Origin: Nannocystis bainbridge
GTDB taxonomy: Bacteria > Myxococcota_A > Polyangia > Nannocystales > Nannocystaceae
Length of the DNA: 64,000 nt
Direction of reading: 5' to 3'
NCBI RefSeq assembly: GCF_028368995.1
Contig: NZ_JAQNDL010000003.1
Location: forward strand, 1,792,001 to 1,856,000
Shown here: one piece after another, positions 10,309-21,131 of the stretch
How positions within the stretch are numbered: the stretch's first letter is position 1
Layout of the letters: each line of letters opens with the position of its first letter
Made by a program: the position numbers and the translations under genes
Notes under the pieces: generated by a model
The model's database searches: none
The model's input: the letters and a program-made list of their open reading frames with translations, nothing else
What the model was told of the DNA's origin: nothing

Positions 10309-13300
10309 GGCTCACCTCCGCTGCGGCGCGGCGGCCCCGAGTACAGCAACGGCAACAGCGCCAGCATCACCGGCGTGACCACCAGCAGGCCCGACACGAT
10401 CGCGATTGCGAACGGCCGCTGCGTCTCGCTGCCCATCGCGTGGCTGAGCGCCGCCGGCACCAATCCCAGCAGCGCCAGCGCCGTCGTCAGCAGCACCGGT
10501 CGCAGCGCCGTCGTGGGCCCGACGATCGCCGCCGAGCGCGGCTCCTCGCTCGCCGCGCGATCGATCGCCCCGCTCAGCACCACCCCTGAAAGCACCACCT
10601 GCCCGAGCAGCGCGATGCAGCCGACCGCGCTGCTCACCGAGAACAGCTCGCCCGCCAGCCGCAGCCCCGCCACCGCGCCGAAGCACGCCAGCGGCAGGAA
10701 CGCCGCGATCACCAGCGTCGGCCGCAGGCGCCCGAAGTTGAAGAACAGGATCGCCAGGATCGCCGCCAGCGCCACCGGCAGCGACAGCGCCAGCCGCCGC
10801 ATCGCCCGGTCCTGGTTCTTGAACTCGCCGCTCCACACCAGCTGCATGCCCTCGCCGAGCGCCACCGCGTCCGTGGCCGTCTGCGCCTCCTGGACCGTGC
10901 CGCCGAGGTCGCGCCCGCGGACGTTGAACTTGACCGCCACGAAGCGCGTGAAGTCCTCGCGCCAGATCGCCGCGCGCCCCGGCGCCAGCGAGATCGTCGC
11001 CACCTCGCCGAGCGTCACCCCCAGCTCCGGCGCCGACACCACCAGCCGCCGCAGCGCCGCCGGATCGGCGCGCACCGACTCGGGCAGCCGCAGCGCCGCC
11101 CCGTAGCGGCGCTCGCCGTCCCACACCTCCGTCGCCACCGCGCTGCCGAGCGCCACCCGGATCGTCGTCTGCACGTCCTCGACCGCCAGCCCGCGGCGGG
11201 CCAGCGCCTCGCGGTCGAGCTCGATGCGCAGCTGCGGCACGCTGCCCGCCTGGTACAGCGCCAGGTCGGCCACCCCGGGCACCGCCGCCAGCCGCTCGCG
11301 CAGCGCCTCGGCCACCGCCGTCATCTCCGCCAGGTCTTGCCCGCGGACCTTGACCACCACCTGGCCGATGATCCCCGAGATCGTCTCGAACACCCGGTCG
11401 GTGATCGGCTGCGAGAAGTTGAGCTCGACCCCTGGCAGGTCGGCCAGGCGGTCCCGCAGCTCGCCCTCGAGGCTGCGCCGCGACGAGCCCTCGCGCCACT
11501 CGCCCTCGGGCGCCAGGTTGACGAAGAACTCGGCGTTGTTGGGCCCCTCGGCCTGGGTCGCGTCCTCGGGCCTGCCGATGTGCGTCAGCACGTCGGTGAC
11601 CTCCGGCAGCTCGAGCATCGAAGCTCGCATCTGCGTCACGTGGCGGCGCGTCTCGTCGAGCGCGATCGTCGACGGGAACACCGCCGTCACGTAGAACCCG
11701 CCCTCGTTGAGCTCCGGCAGGAACTCGCTGCCGATCCCGCGCGCATAGACCCCGAGCCCGACGGTCAGCGCCAGCAGCCCCCCCGCCGCCAGCCGGCGCA
11801 GCCGCAGCAGCCGGCGCAGCCCCGCCGCGTAGACCTTGCCGAGCGCCACGATCCAGCGCGGCGGCGCCCCGTCGACGCGCCCGCGCAGCAGCGCACGCTC
11901 GAGCGCCGGCACCACCAGCGCCGCCGACAGCAGCGCCCCCAGCAGCGCGAACCCGTAGGTGTAGGCCATCGGCGCGAAGATCCGGCCCTCGACGCGCTCG
12001 AGCGTGAAGATCGGGATCAGCGCCGCGATGATGATCAGCAGCGCCAGCGCCACCGCGCGGGCCACCCCGCCGGCCGCGTCCTCGATCACCGCCGCGCGGT
12101 CGCGGTGCGGCTGGTGGTGGATCGCGTGCAGCGTCGCCTCGAGCACCACGATCGCCCCGTCGACCAGGATCCCGAAGTCGATCGCCCCGAGCGAGATCAG
12201 GTTGGCCGGCAGCCCCATCCAGCGCAGGCCGATGAACGCGGTCAGCATCGACAGCGGCACCACCACGCCGATGATGATCACCCCGCGCCATGTCCGAAGG
12301 AACAGGTACACCACCGCCAGGACCAGCAGCGCCCCCTCGGCCAGGTTCTTGCCGACGGTCCCGAGCGTCGCCTCGACCAGCACCGTGCGGTCGTAGAACG
12401 TATCGATCTGGACCCCCGCCGGCAGCACCTCCTGGTTCAGCTCCTCGACCCGCGCGTGCAGGGCCTCGAGCACCACGCTCGGGTTCTCGCCGCGGCGCAG
12501 CAGCACGATGCCCTCGACCACCTCGTCGGTGTGCCCGCGGCCGACGCTGCCGCGCCGCGGCGTCGAGCCCTCGACCAGCGTCGCCACGTCGCGCACGCGC
12601 ACCGGCACCCCGCCCTGCTCGCGCACCACCGCCAGCCCGAGCTGCGCCGGCGAGTCGACCGCCCCGAGCCCGCGGACCACGAACTCCTGCGCGCCGATGC
12701 CGACGTAGCCGCCGCCCGCGTTGGCGTTGCTGCGCGCCAGCGCGTCGTGGACCTCCGCCACCGACACCCCCGCGGTGGCCAGGCGGGCCGGGTCGATGCG
12801 CACCTGATACTGGCGCTCGAACCCGCCGAACGTGACCACGTCGGCCACGCCTTGCACCGCCCGCAGCCGCCGCTCGACCACGAAATCTTGCAGCGCCCGC
12901 AGCTCTCGCAGGCTGCGATCGCCGCGCAGCGTGTAGCGGTAGATCTGGCCGACCGGCGTCGCCTGCGGCCCCATCTCCGCCTCGGCCCCGTCCGGCAACT
13001 CGGCCCCGCGCAGGCGATCCGCCACCAGCGTGCGCAGCTCGAAGTCCGAAGTGCCCTCGGCGAACGTCAGCGTCACCAGCGACAGCCCGAACACCGACAC
13101 CGAGCGCAGGTCGATCAGCTTCGGCGTGCCCGCGAAGGCCCGCTCGAGCTCGATCGTCACCCGGCGCTCGACCTCTTCGGCCGCCTGCCCGGGGTAGATC
13201 CCCACCACCTCGACCATCGGATCGGTGACGTCCGGGAACGCCTCGATCGGCAGCTCGCGCAGCGCCGTCCACCCGTACGTCGCCAGCATCAAGGCCGCCG

Positions 13301-13352
13301 CCAGCACCAGCGGCCAGCGATGGACCGCGAATCGACTCAGCGCAGCGAACAT
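10305..13352 (-). CDS. CusA/CzcA family heavy-metal RND efflux transporter
   Basis: LPIEAFPDVT, NLISLGAIDFGILVDGAIV, LRPVLLT and SETQRPFAIAIVSG motifs; 1015 aa. Confidence 0.95.
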   Translation of the reverse strand: MFAALSRFAVHRWPLVLAAALMLATYGWTALRELPIEAFPDVTDPMVEVVGIYPGQAAEEVERRVTIELERAFAGTPKLIDLRSVSVFGLSLVTLTFAEGTSDFELRTLVADRLRGAELPDGAEAEMGPQATPVGQIYRYTLRGDRSLRELRALQDFVVERRLRAVQGVADVVTFGGFERQYQVRIDPARLATAGVSVAEVHDALARSNANAGGGYVGIGAQEFVVRGLGAVDSPAQLGLAVVREQGGVPVRVRDVATLVEGSTPRRGSVGRGHTDEVVEGIVLLRRGENPSVVLEALHARVEELNQEVLPAGVQIDTFYDRTVLVEATLGTVGKNLAEGALLVLAVVYLFLRTWRGVIIIGVVVPLSMLTAFIGLRWMGLPANLISLGAIDFGILVDGAIVVLEATLHAIHHQPHRDRAAVIEDAAGGVARAVALALLIIIAALIPIFTLERVEGRIFAPMAYTYGFALLGALLSAALVVPALERALLRGRVDGAPPRWIVALGKVYAAGLRRLLRLRRLAAGGLLALTVGLGVYARGIGSEFLPELNEGGFYVTAVFPSTIALDETRRHVTQMRASMLELPEVTDVLTHIGRPEDATQAEGPNNAEFFVNLAPEGEWREGSSRRSLEGELRDRLADLPGVELNFSQPITDRVFETISGIIGQVVVKVRGQDLAEMTAVAEALRERLAAVPGVADLALYQAGSVPQLRIELDREALARRGLAVEDVQTTIRVALGSAVATEVWDGERRYGAALRLPESVRADPAALRRLVVSAPELGVTLGEVATISLAPGRAAIWREDFTRFVAVKFNVRGRDLGGTVQEAQTATDAVALGEGMQLVWSGEFKNQDRAMRRLALSLPVALAAILAILFFNFGRLRPTLVIAAFLPLACFGAVAGLRLAGELFSVSSAVGCIALLGQVVLSGVVLSGAIDRAASEEPRSAAIVGPTTALRPVLLTTALALLGLVPAALSHAMGSETQRPFAIAIVSGLLVVTPVMLALLPLLYSGPPRRSGGEP

Positions 13353-13359
13353 GACGACC

Positions 13360-14478
13360 TCACAGCAGCCGATCCAGCTCGCCGTCGAGCAGCACCGCGT
13401 TCTCGCTGACCACCGTCTCGCCCGCCGTCAGCCCCTCGACGATCTGCACCTTGTCGCCGAAGCTGGACCCGAGCGCCACCGTGCGCCGCTCGAGCACCCC
13501 CTCGTCGACCGCCACGAACACCACCAGCGCGTCGCGCCGCAGCAGCACCGCGCTGCGCGGCACCACCAGCGCCCCGTCGCCGCGCACCGCCGCCCGCACC
13601 CGCACCGCCATCTGCCCGCGCAGCCGCGGGTCGGTGGCGTTCGGCATGCACACCGCGATCGCCGTGCGCGTCGCCCGGTCCAGCGTCTGCACCACCTGCA
13701 CCAGCTTGCCGGGGAACCGCTCGGCCCCCAGCGCCGGCACCGAGAACGTGCAATCGGCCCCCTCGCGCACCCCCGCCGCCTCGTGCTCGGGGAACGCCGC
13801 GGTGGCGAACAGCCGCACCGCGTCGCCGATGAGGAACGCCGGCTCGTCGTCTTCGGGCGTCACGCGCTCGCCCGGGTCGAGCGTGCGCAGCAGCACCTGC
13901 CCGTCGGCGCTGGCGCGCAGGATGAAGCGGTCCGCGCCCTCGTTGCCGGCCTGGATCGCCCGCAGGCTCTCGCGCACCCCGCGGAGCTCGGCCTCGCCGC
14001 CCGCCAGCCCTGCCTCCGCCTCCACCAATTCTCGCGGCGAAGCGGCCCCGTCGCGGACCAGCTTCTTGAAGCGCGTCACCGCGTCGCGCTGCGCCGCCAG
14101 CGTCGCCGTCAAGCGCCGCGCCTCGCTGCGCAGCCGCGCCACCTCGCCGCTGCGCAGCGTCGCCAGCGGCTCGTTGGCCCGCACCTGCGCCCCCGCGGCC
14201 ACGTGCACCGCCTCGACGTAGGCCGCGAACGGCACCCGCACCGCATAGGCCGCGTCGGGCGCGAACTCCAGCCGCCCCACCCCTTCGATCTCCGCCGCGA
14301 TCTCCCCGCGCTCCGCCGACGCCAGCGACAGCTTCGGCCACAGGTCGGCGCGCACCTGCATGCGCCCGTCGTCCTTCAGCGCGTACGCCGGCGCCTGCGG
14401 CGTCGCGGCGTGCGGCGTCGCGGTCGTGCAACCGATCGCGAGCGCCGCAAGCAACCAGGAGACGTAAACGAACCGCAT
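13360..14478 (-). CDS. RND periplasmic adaptor (CzcB-like) lipoprotein
   Basis: Lipobox LAIGC; MFP features (LVVPRSAV, IVEGLTAGETVV); first gene of the operon. Confidence 0.9.
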   Translation of the reverse strand: MRFVYVSWLLAALAIGCTTATPHAATPQAPAYALKDDGRMQVRADLWPKLSLASAERGEIAAEIEGVGRLEFAPDAAYAVRVPFAAYVEAVHVAAGAQVRANEPLATLRSGEVARLRSEARRLTATLAAQRDAVTRFKKLVRDGAASPRELVEAEAGLAGGEAELRGVRESLRAIQAGNEGADRFILRASADGQVLLRTLDPGERVTPEDDEPAFLIGDAVRLFATAAFPEHEAAGVREGADCTFSVPALGAERFPGKLVQVVQTLDRATRTAIAVCMPNATDPRLRGQMAVRVRAAVRGDGALVVPRSAVLLRRDALVVFVAVDEGVLERRTVALGSSFGDKVQIVEGLTAGETVVSENAVLLDGELDRLL

Positions 14479-14996
14479 GTCGGGAGACCATGACACCCCT
14501 CGATTACGAACGCCGTTACGACGGGGTTAAATCGCCGAAAGACACCCGCACGCCGATCCACTATTGCGTCGCGTCGACCTCGAGATGACCTCCGAGACAG
14601 GTGACCCGCGCGTCGCCGACGTGCGAGTCACCGCCTCTCCGCCGCGATCGCGCCCGCCATGCCCTCGACCTTTGCAGCGCCGCAAGATGACTGACGAGAC
14701 AGACGACGCCCGCGAGCACCTTTCACCTCACGAGCGCAGGACCTCCCCACCTCCGTGGCCCCACCCCACGAAGCACCCCGCCGTGGCTCCGCGAGCCGCT
14801 ATCTGTCTCTCGAGACAGACGACGACCTCACGAATCTCGATACAGAAAGACATCTCCTCGCGGCCCGACCTTGCAAGCCCGAATACATGTCCCGAAAGAC
14901 AGCCCCCCAGCATCACGCCGCCGTGATCGAGCGCGACGGCGCCGAACCAATGCTCGCCTCGTGCCAGCGCCGCGCGACCGCGCTGGCGGCAAACGT

Positions 14997-15629
14997 CTAT
15001 GCGGTCGTCCGCGACCGCGAGCCGCCCGACCCGGACGCCTCCACGAGCGCCGGCCCGGGCTGCGCATCGGCCTCGAGCTCTCGCCGCAGCAGCCGGCGCT
15101 GCCATGCTCCGAGGCCGAGGGAGATGCCGACCAGCAGCGAGAACGCCCCGAAGAACACGGACACGGAGGGGTAGAAGAACACCATGAAGAACATGAACTC
15201 GAACAGCGCGGAGGCGACGCCTTTCGCGCGGCCGAACAGCCTTGCGAACGCGTAGTCCCAGAATTCATGCGTCGGGAAGACTGGCAGCTTTTGCGGCCCG
15301 GCCGGCGACGGCACCCGCGCCTCCTGAGCATCCGGGGTACCGCCCTCGGTCAGCGCCCGCATCCGTCGTCGCGCGAGATATCGCCGGCTCACGCGCTCGA
15401 CCAGGCCAGCCCAGAGCGCGGCGAACGCCATGGCCGCGAGCCCGTTCTGCCACCACGACAAACCTCCGAAGTAGACCAGGCAATCATAAAATATGAAGCC
15501 CGGGATCCAGAACGTCAGCGTGATCGGCGTGAACCTCGCGAGGTTCCAGAATTGCTCGGTCGGCAAGAACCCCCATCTTTGCGGGGGCAGGGGTCCGCGC
15601 GAAGGAGCAAGCTGCTGTCGCAGCGCCAT
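14997..15629 (-). CDS. Hypothetical 4-TM membrane protein with an internal two-fold repeat
   Basis: FLPTEQFWNLARF and VFPTHEFWDYAFARLF, each followed by two TM segments and a basic RR tail. Confidence 0.6.
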   Translation of the reverse strand: MALRQQLAPSRGPLPPQRWGFLPTEQFWNLARFTPITLTFWIPGFIFYDCLVYFGGLSWWQNGLAAMAFAALWAGLVERVSRRYLARRRMRALTEGGTPDAQEARVPSPAGPQKLPVFPTHEFWDYAFARLFGRAKGVASALFEFMFFMVFFYPSVSVFFGAFSLLVGISLGLGAWQRRLLRRELEADAQPGPALVEASGSGGSRSRTTA

Positions 15630-16380
15630 TGTCCCGCGGTCCGTCACTTGTTCTGCGCTCCGTCACAATTGCCAGCGATATGACCCGAGACGGTGTTGTG
15701 AAGACTCGGCGGCTCCTGGCGCCGCAGCAGGACGAGGGAGGCCTGAAGCATGGCCCTCCATGTGCCTCTGCACCTGCCGCCGGGCGCGCGGCGACCAGGA
15801 GCAGGCGCAGCAGCGTGCGAGCACTCGAGCAGAGGCCCCGTCGAGTTCCGCCGGGGCCCGCGCCGGTGCCATCCGGCTCATCGTCCGCTGCGTCTCGGCG
15901 CCAGGACCTTCCTACCGATCATCTGTCCTTCAGGACATACCGGAACTCCGCCCCGCGACCACCTCTCTCACCCACACCCCCTCGACGGCCCGGCCTGCCG
16001 CCCGTCGAGGAACTCCGCCACCGCCCATTGATTCAGCCCCGTCGCAGCGAAATCGATGGAGCCGTTACCAATCGCCAGGCCAGCTTCAAACGAGCTCGGG
16101 AGCCTCGCCCACCGTCCGCCCAGGGGCGACCCGAACGCCGGGCGACTCGCACCTCGAGCAGCCCCTCGCGAGAGCATGTCCCGAGAGACATGTTCCGCCA
16201 TGCCCCCGCCGATTTCCTCGCCTCGCATCCCCGCGGCGCCCAGCGGCCTCTACCTCGCCGATCGCCCTCCTGCCTGCCCCAGCGCGCCGGCCGCGAGCCG
16301 CGACAGCCGAGCTCGCCCGCCTCGTCCCGCCCCTCGCGCGCTGGACTCGCCGTGCACTCCGCGTCATCGTGCCCCCAGTC

Positions 16381-17259
16381 ATGAAGACCACGCGCACTCC
16401 CAGCATTCCCCGCCACGGCCGGGCCATCCTCGGTCTCGGCCTCTCGCTCGCGCTGCTGTCCGCTTGCGGCAGCGACCCCGGCGACACCACCACATCTGCC
16501 ACCGAGACCGGCGCCACCGAGACCGGCACCACCGAGACCGGCACCACTGCGCCCGGCACCACCGATTCGTCCACCTCGCCGACCACCGGCACCGCCACCA
16601 CCGACGACACGGCCACCACCTCGCCGACCACCGGCACCGCCACCACCGACGACACCACCGACACCACCGGCAACGAGGGTCAGCCGTCGCTGAGCTTCTT
16701 CGTCTCGAGCACCGGCAGCCTCACCGGCAACCTCGGCGGCCTCGACGGCGCCGACAAGCGTTGCAAGGAATTGGCCGACGCCGTCGGCGAGGGCGACAAG
16801 AACTGGCGCGCCTACCTCAGCACCGAGAAAGGCCCGGACGACCAGCCGGTGCACGCCCGCGACCGCATCGGCAAGGGCCCCTGGTACAACGCCGACCTCG
16901 TGATGATCGCCGCCGACCTCGACGATCTGCACACCAAGGAGGGCGATCACACCCTGTTCCTCAACGAGAACGGCGAGCCGATCAACGGCCAGTGGGAAGG
17001 TTCGCCCACCCCCAACGAGCACGACATCCTCACCGGCTCCAACAAGGACGGTACCGTCGCCGTCGGCTTCACCTGCGCCGACTGGACCTCCGAAGACGCC
17101 TCCGTGTTCGCCCAGGTCGGCCACTCCGACGGCCTCGGGCCCATGGGCAGCGACGCCGAACAGTACCGCTCGTGGAACTCCGTCCACGAGAACGGCGGCT
17201 GCCACGACACGGCCCCCAAGGGCGGCGCCGGCCTCGTCTACTGCTTCGCCGCCGACTGA
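16381..17259 (+). CDS. Lipoprotein with Thr-rich linker and endostatin/C-type-lectin-like domain
   Basis: Lipobox LSAC; SFFVSS..GNLGGLDGADKRC..WRAYLS..HDILTGS..C.DWTS..YCFAAD. Confidence 0.85.
   Translation: MKTTRTPSIPRHGRAILGLGLSLALLSACGSDPGDTTTSATETGATETGTTETGTTAPGTTDSSTSPTTGTATTDDTATTSPTTGTATTDDTTDTTGNEGQPSLSFFVSSTGSLTGNLGGLDGADKRCKELADAVGEGDKNWRAYLSTEKGPDDQPVHARDRIGKGPWYNADLVMIAADLDDLHTKEGDHTLFLNENGEPINGQWEGSPTPNEHDILTGSNKDGTVAVGFTCADWTSEDASVFAQVGHSDGLGPMGSDAEQYRSWNSVHENGGCHDTAPKGGAGLVYCFAAD
16571..16655 (+). repeat. 40-bp direct repeat (45-bp period) encoding the Thr-rich linker
   Basis: ccacctcgccgaccaccggcaccgccaccaccgacgacac occurs at 16571 and 16616. Confidence 0.85.
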
Positions 17260-17342
17260 CGCGCGCCGAGCTCGACGCACGCGAGTCACTCACGAGCCCC
17301 CCCGCTCGACGGGCCCCCGCGAATGGTTCACGCTCGCAAGGC

Positions 17343-18173
17343 ATGCGAGTCGCCGTCATCGGGCACGTCGAGTGGATCGAGTTCGTGAGGGTCGCCAGGG
17401 TCCCCGCCGCCGGGGACATCGTCCACGCGCGCGACACCTGGGAGGGCCCCGGTGGCGGCGGCGCCGTCGCGGCCGCGCAGCTCGCTCGACTCGCTGACGA
17501 TTGCATCTTCTTCACCGCGCTCGGCGACGACGACCTCGGCGCCCGCGCCCGCCGCGAGCTCTCCGCCCTCGGCCTGCGCCTCGAGGCTGCCACGCGCCCC
17601 GGTCGTCAGCGTCGCGGCCTCACCTTCGTCGACGACACCGGCGAGCGCACCATCACCGTGATCGGCGAGCGGCTCGCCCCGCACGCCGCCGATCCGCTGG
17701 CCTGGGACCTGCTCACCGACTGCGACGCCGTCTACGTCACCGCCGGCGACCCCGACGCCCTGCGCCTGGCCCGACGCGCGCGCAAGCTCGTCACGACCGC
17801 GCGGATCTCCGCCCTCCTGCGCGCCGCCGGCATCGAGGTCGACGCCCTCGTCGGCAGCGCCCACGACCCCGCCGAGCGCTACGCCCCCGGCGACCTCCAT
17901 CCACCCCCGCGCCTCGTCGTCCGCACCGCCGGCGCCGCCGGAGGCACCTACGAAGCCCTCGGCCACGCGCCCAGGCCCTATCCCGCCGCCCCGCTGCCCG
18001 GCCCCGTCGCCGACGCCTACGGCTGCGGCGACTCCTTCGCCGCCGGCCTCACCTACGCCCTCGGCGCCGGCCTCGACCCGGACGACGCCGTCCGCCTCGC
18101 CGCCCGCTGCGGCGCCGCAGCCCTTACCGGCCGCGGCCCCCACGGCGGCCAGCTCGATCGCAGCACGCTGTGA
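17343..18173 (+). CDS. PfkB family carbohydrate kinase
   Basis: GGGGAVAAAQLARL, LGDDDLG and DAYGCGDSFAAG motifs. Confidence 0.9.
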   Translation: MRVAVIGHVEWIEFVRVARVPAAGDIVHARDTWEGPGGGGAVAAAQLARLADDCIFFTALGDDDLGARARRELSALGLRLEAATRPGRQRRGLTFVDDTGERTITVIGERLAPHAADPLAWDLLTDCDAVYVTAGDPDALRLARRARKLVTTARISALLRAAGIEVDALVGSAHDPAERYAPGDLHPPPRLVVRTAGAAGGTYEALGHAPRPYPAAPLPGPVADAYGCGDSFAAGLTYALGAGLDPDDAVRLAARCGAAALTGRGPHGGQLDRSTL

Positions 18174-18305
18174 CGCGAAGCGGGCGAGCCCCCGCTACCG
18201 CGAAGCTGCCCCGCGGCCCTGCTCGATCGCCACATGCTGCGACGCGGAGCGAGCGAGCCTTCGCTGCCGCGCCGCTGCCCGCCACGGCCCTGCTCGCTCG
18301 CCCCG
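18140..18305. repeat. Degenerate ~70-bp tandem repeat spanning the PfkB stop codon
   Basis: gctcgatcgc...gctg.gacgcg.agcg.gcgagcc at 18152 and 18221, with a partial third copy at 18292. Confidence 0.65.
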
Positions 18306-18384
18306 TCACCTTGCCTCCGGGACATGTCGCATCGGACATCTACGTGCTCGGCGGCTGCCTGCTCCGCGGGCGCTCCCTCCGCGC

Positions 18385-18822
18385 ATGAGCCTCGATCCTG
18401 CCGCCGAGCTGCGCCAACTCTTCGACCTGTGGTTCCACGCCATCGACGAGCGCGACGTCTCCTTCGTCGATCGCCACTTCCACGCCGAATTCCACGACAT
18501 CGATTTCGACGCCGTCGTCCGCGCGTCACAAGGAAGGCTGTTCCAAGATTCACGGATCGAGGTTCCAGACCGTTCCGTCTACCGCGCCATGTTCGCGGCC
18601 CTGCCGCCCGGCACCACCGGCGACCACGACGTGCGAGCGTTCGACGTGCGCCCGCTCGGTGAAGGCAGCAGCGCCCTGGTCACCGGCGTCTACTATGCCC
18701 GCCTGGAGATCCCCGGCGTGCCGAAGATCGAGAAGACCCTGCGCTTCCTGAGCGTATGGGAGCAGAGCCTCGCCGGCTGGAAGCTGCTCGCCCACCAGAC
18801 CGTCGCCCTGCCGGGCGCGTGA
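18385..18822 (+). CDS. NTF2-like (DUF4440-type) protein
   Basis: Small alpha/beta protein ending RFLSVWEQ..GWKLLAHQ. Confidence 0.75.
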   Translation: MSLDPAAELRQLFDLWFHAIDERDVSFVDRHFHAEFHDIDFDAVVRASQGRLFQDSRIEVPDRSVYRAMFAALPPGTTGDHDVRAFDVRPLGEGSSALVTGVYYARLEIPGVPKIEKTLRFLSVWEQSLAGWKLLAHQTVALPGA

Positions 18823-19036
18823 GCGGGGAGCGTCCTCGCACCATGACCGAGCTCATCAAGATCTCGCGGCGCGGGGAGCCGGACAGGCACCTGCTCTGCA
18901 TGCCCGAGATGATGCTGCGAGCTTCGCCTCCTTCTTCTGAACGCTGAGCGCGTTCCCCGGCTCGGGGAAAGCGCTGTCGGGCTGGCCGCGTCCATCTCCC
19001 CTTGCGCCAACGCCTGCGCTCGGGTGTCATGGATTC

Positions 19037-19648
19037 ATGAAAGATCCGGCGACTCACTTTCAACCCTGGATCGGGAAGAACTACCGGTCTCCCGGCCGCA
19101 AGAACAAGCGCGTGATGGTGCTCGGCGAGTCGCACTACGAGTGGCTCGACAACCAGTCCCTCGCCAGTGACTGGACACGGCAGTCCATCGAGCATGACAT
19201 CATCGGAAAAAAGCATCGTTTCCGTACCCGTGTGGCCGCAGTTTTTCTCGGCCATCGCCCGACGACACCCGAGGAGCGCGGCGACTTCTGGCACTCCGTC
19301 GCGTTCACGAATTACATCCCCGTGAGTGTGGGCAGGGGAGCGAAGAAGGAGCCGACCGAGGAGATGTGGTCGGCCGCGATTCCGCGATTCTCCGCCTTGA
19401 TCGCGGAGCATGAGCCTCAATTCCTCCTCGTCCTCGGCCACGAGTTATGGAGGCGAGTGCACTATAGCTACGCCATGGACGGCCGCCCCGAGCCGCACCT
19501 GAGCCCGCTGGGTGAATGGCGAATGTGGCGCTACCGCATCACGCCGGACCAGACAATACTCGCCTGTGCCACGACCCATCCGTCATCCAGAGGCTTCGAC
19601 TTCAACCAGTGGCACCCTTTCGTGGAGACGATGTTGAAGCTCGCTTGA
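19037..19648 (+). CDS. Uracil-DNA-glycosylase superfamily-like protein
   Basis: VMVLGESHY (motif A), FTNY, P..LLVLG and HPSS (motif B); codon usage visibly less GC-rich than neighbours. Confidence 0.7.
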   Translation: MKDPATHFQPWIGKNYRSPGRKNKRVMVLGESHYEWLDNQSLASDWTRQSIEHDIIGKKHRFRTRVAAVFLGHRPTTPEERGDFWHSVAFTNYIPVSVGRGAKKEPTEEMWSAAIPRFSALIAEHEPQFLLVLGHELWRRVHYSYAMDGRPEPHLSPLGEWRMWRYRITPDQTILACATTHPSSRGFDFNQWHPFVETMLKLA

Positions 19649-19699
19649 ATCGGAGTCCACCCGGGGCATGTCCGATCGAACATGCTCCGAGGGACAGAC

Positions 19700-20870
19700 T
19701 CACGGCATGATGCAACTGTGCCCCGTGCACGCCAGCAGGCCGTCGGCCGCGACGTAGGCCCCGGACGCCGCGCAGAAAGCGGGTAGCACCTCGCCCCGCG
19801 CCACGGCCGACAGCGGGTTGTCCGTCAGTATCACGTCGAGGCAGTCCTGATCCGGTCCAGGCACCGACCAGTCGGCGGTCAGCAGCGCGTCGGCCTCGAC
19901 GATCCCGTTGTCCATGAGCTCGAGCGCGAGCGGCGTGGGGAACGTCGCCACCGGCGACAGGTCCTCGACCAGCGCGCCGTTGGCATACAGACGGCGGATC
20001 GGCAGGCCCGTGAGCGGCCCGAGGTCGGCGACGTCGATGCCGTTCATCGTCAGCGACTCGAGCGACGCGAGATCGGCGAGCGGGCCGAGGTCGGTGACCG
20101 CCGTGTTGGAGATGTCCAGCGTGACCAGCGACCCGAGGGCCGCGAGCGCCTCGATGTCGAGGTACGCGCCGCCCGGAGCCGACAGCTCGCGCAGCGCCGA
20201 CAGACCGGCCAGCGGCGCCAGCGAATCGATCGGGGCCCAGGCGATGTCGAGCAGCTCGAGCTGCTTGGCCGCGGCCAGCGGGCTGACATCGGCGGCCACC
20301 GCGCCATCGAGGACCAACTCGCGCAACGCCGTGAGCCCGGCCAGCGGGGCGAAGTCGGCGACCGGGTTACTGCGAAGGTTGAGGACCTCGAGCTGGGTGA
20401 GGCCGGCGAGCGGGCCGATGTCGGCGATCTCGTTGAAGGAGAGTGTCAAGGACACGAGGCCGGTGGCGCACTCGATCCCGGAGAGGCTCACGATCCCCAC
20501 GTCCGCCGCGTAGATCTGGGTGAGCGCGGCGATGTCGACGCCGAGCAGCGGGCCCTCCGGCTGCTGCAGCACCGCCCGTACGGCGGCCTCGAGCACGGGC
20601 GAACTCGACCTCGTCGCAATCGACCCCCGCTTCGGTGGTCCCGCTCGACGTCGACGCCGCCACGGTCGTCGCCTCCGTCGGCGTTGTCGTGGCGCCGCTG
20701 GTGGTGTCGTCCGGTCCCGTCGTCGCTGCCGTCGAGCTCGACGGATCGCTCGACCCATCGGTCGTCTCGGGCGGCTCGGCGGTCGTGACGGTCTCGCCGG
20801 GCTCCGGACAGCCCGACACGACGAACGAGACGCAGACGAGCGTCCAGACGCGACAGCTCTGTTTATTCAT
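19700..20870 (-). pseudogene. Internalin-like LRR lipoprotein, frameshifted at about 20600
   Basis: The N-terminal frame (MNKQ..VSGC..DCDEVEFA) switches to the frame carrying PVLEAAVR and L.PL..L..L..L LRRs. Confidence 0.75.
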
Positions 20871-21131
20871 GAGAGCGCTCCTGCTCGAGGCTAGAGAGTG
20901 CCGGCGCACGCGCAGGCCGCGCCCACCGCGCAGGCCCCTTCCACCCTCGCCCAAGATTTTGACTTGGCGTATCTACGCCCTGTACGCTTGGTGGTAAAGC
21001 CGCTTGCATCACCCCATGTACCCACGAGGCCTCGACTACCTGCAAGCCCCCCTCGAAGGAGGGTCCCGGAAAATCGTCCGGAACCCTGCCCCGAACCTCG
21101 GTAAAGAACCTAGACTTAAATTCGGATCTCT

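Noticed and set aside
8980-14478. RND efflux operon as a novelty
   Set aside because: It is an ordinary CzcCBA-type system.
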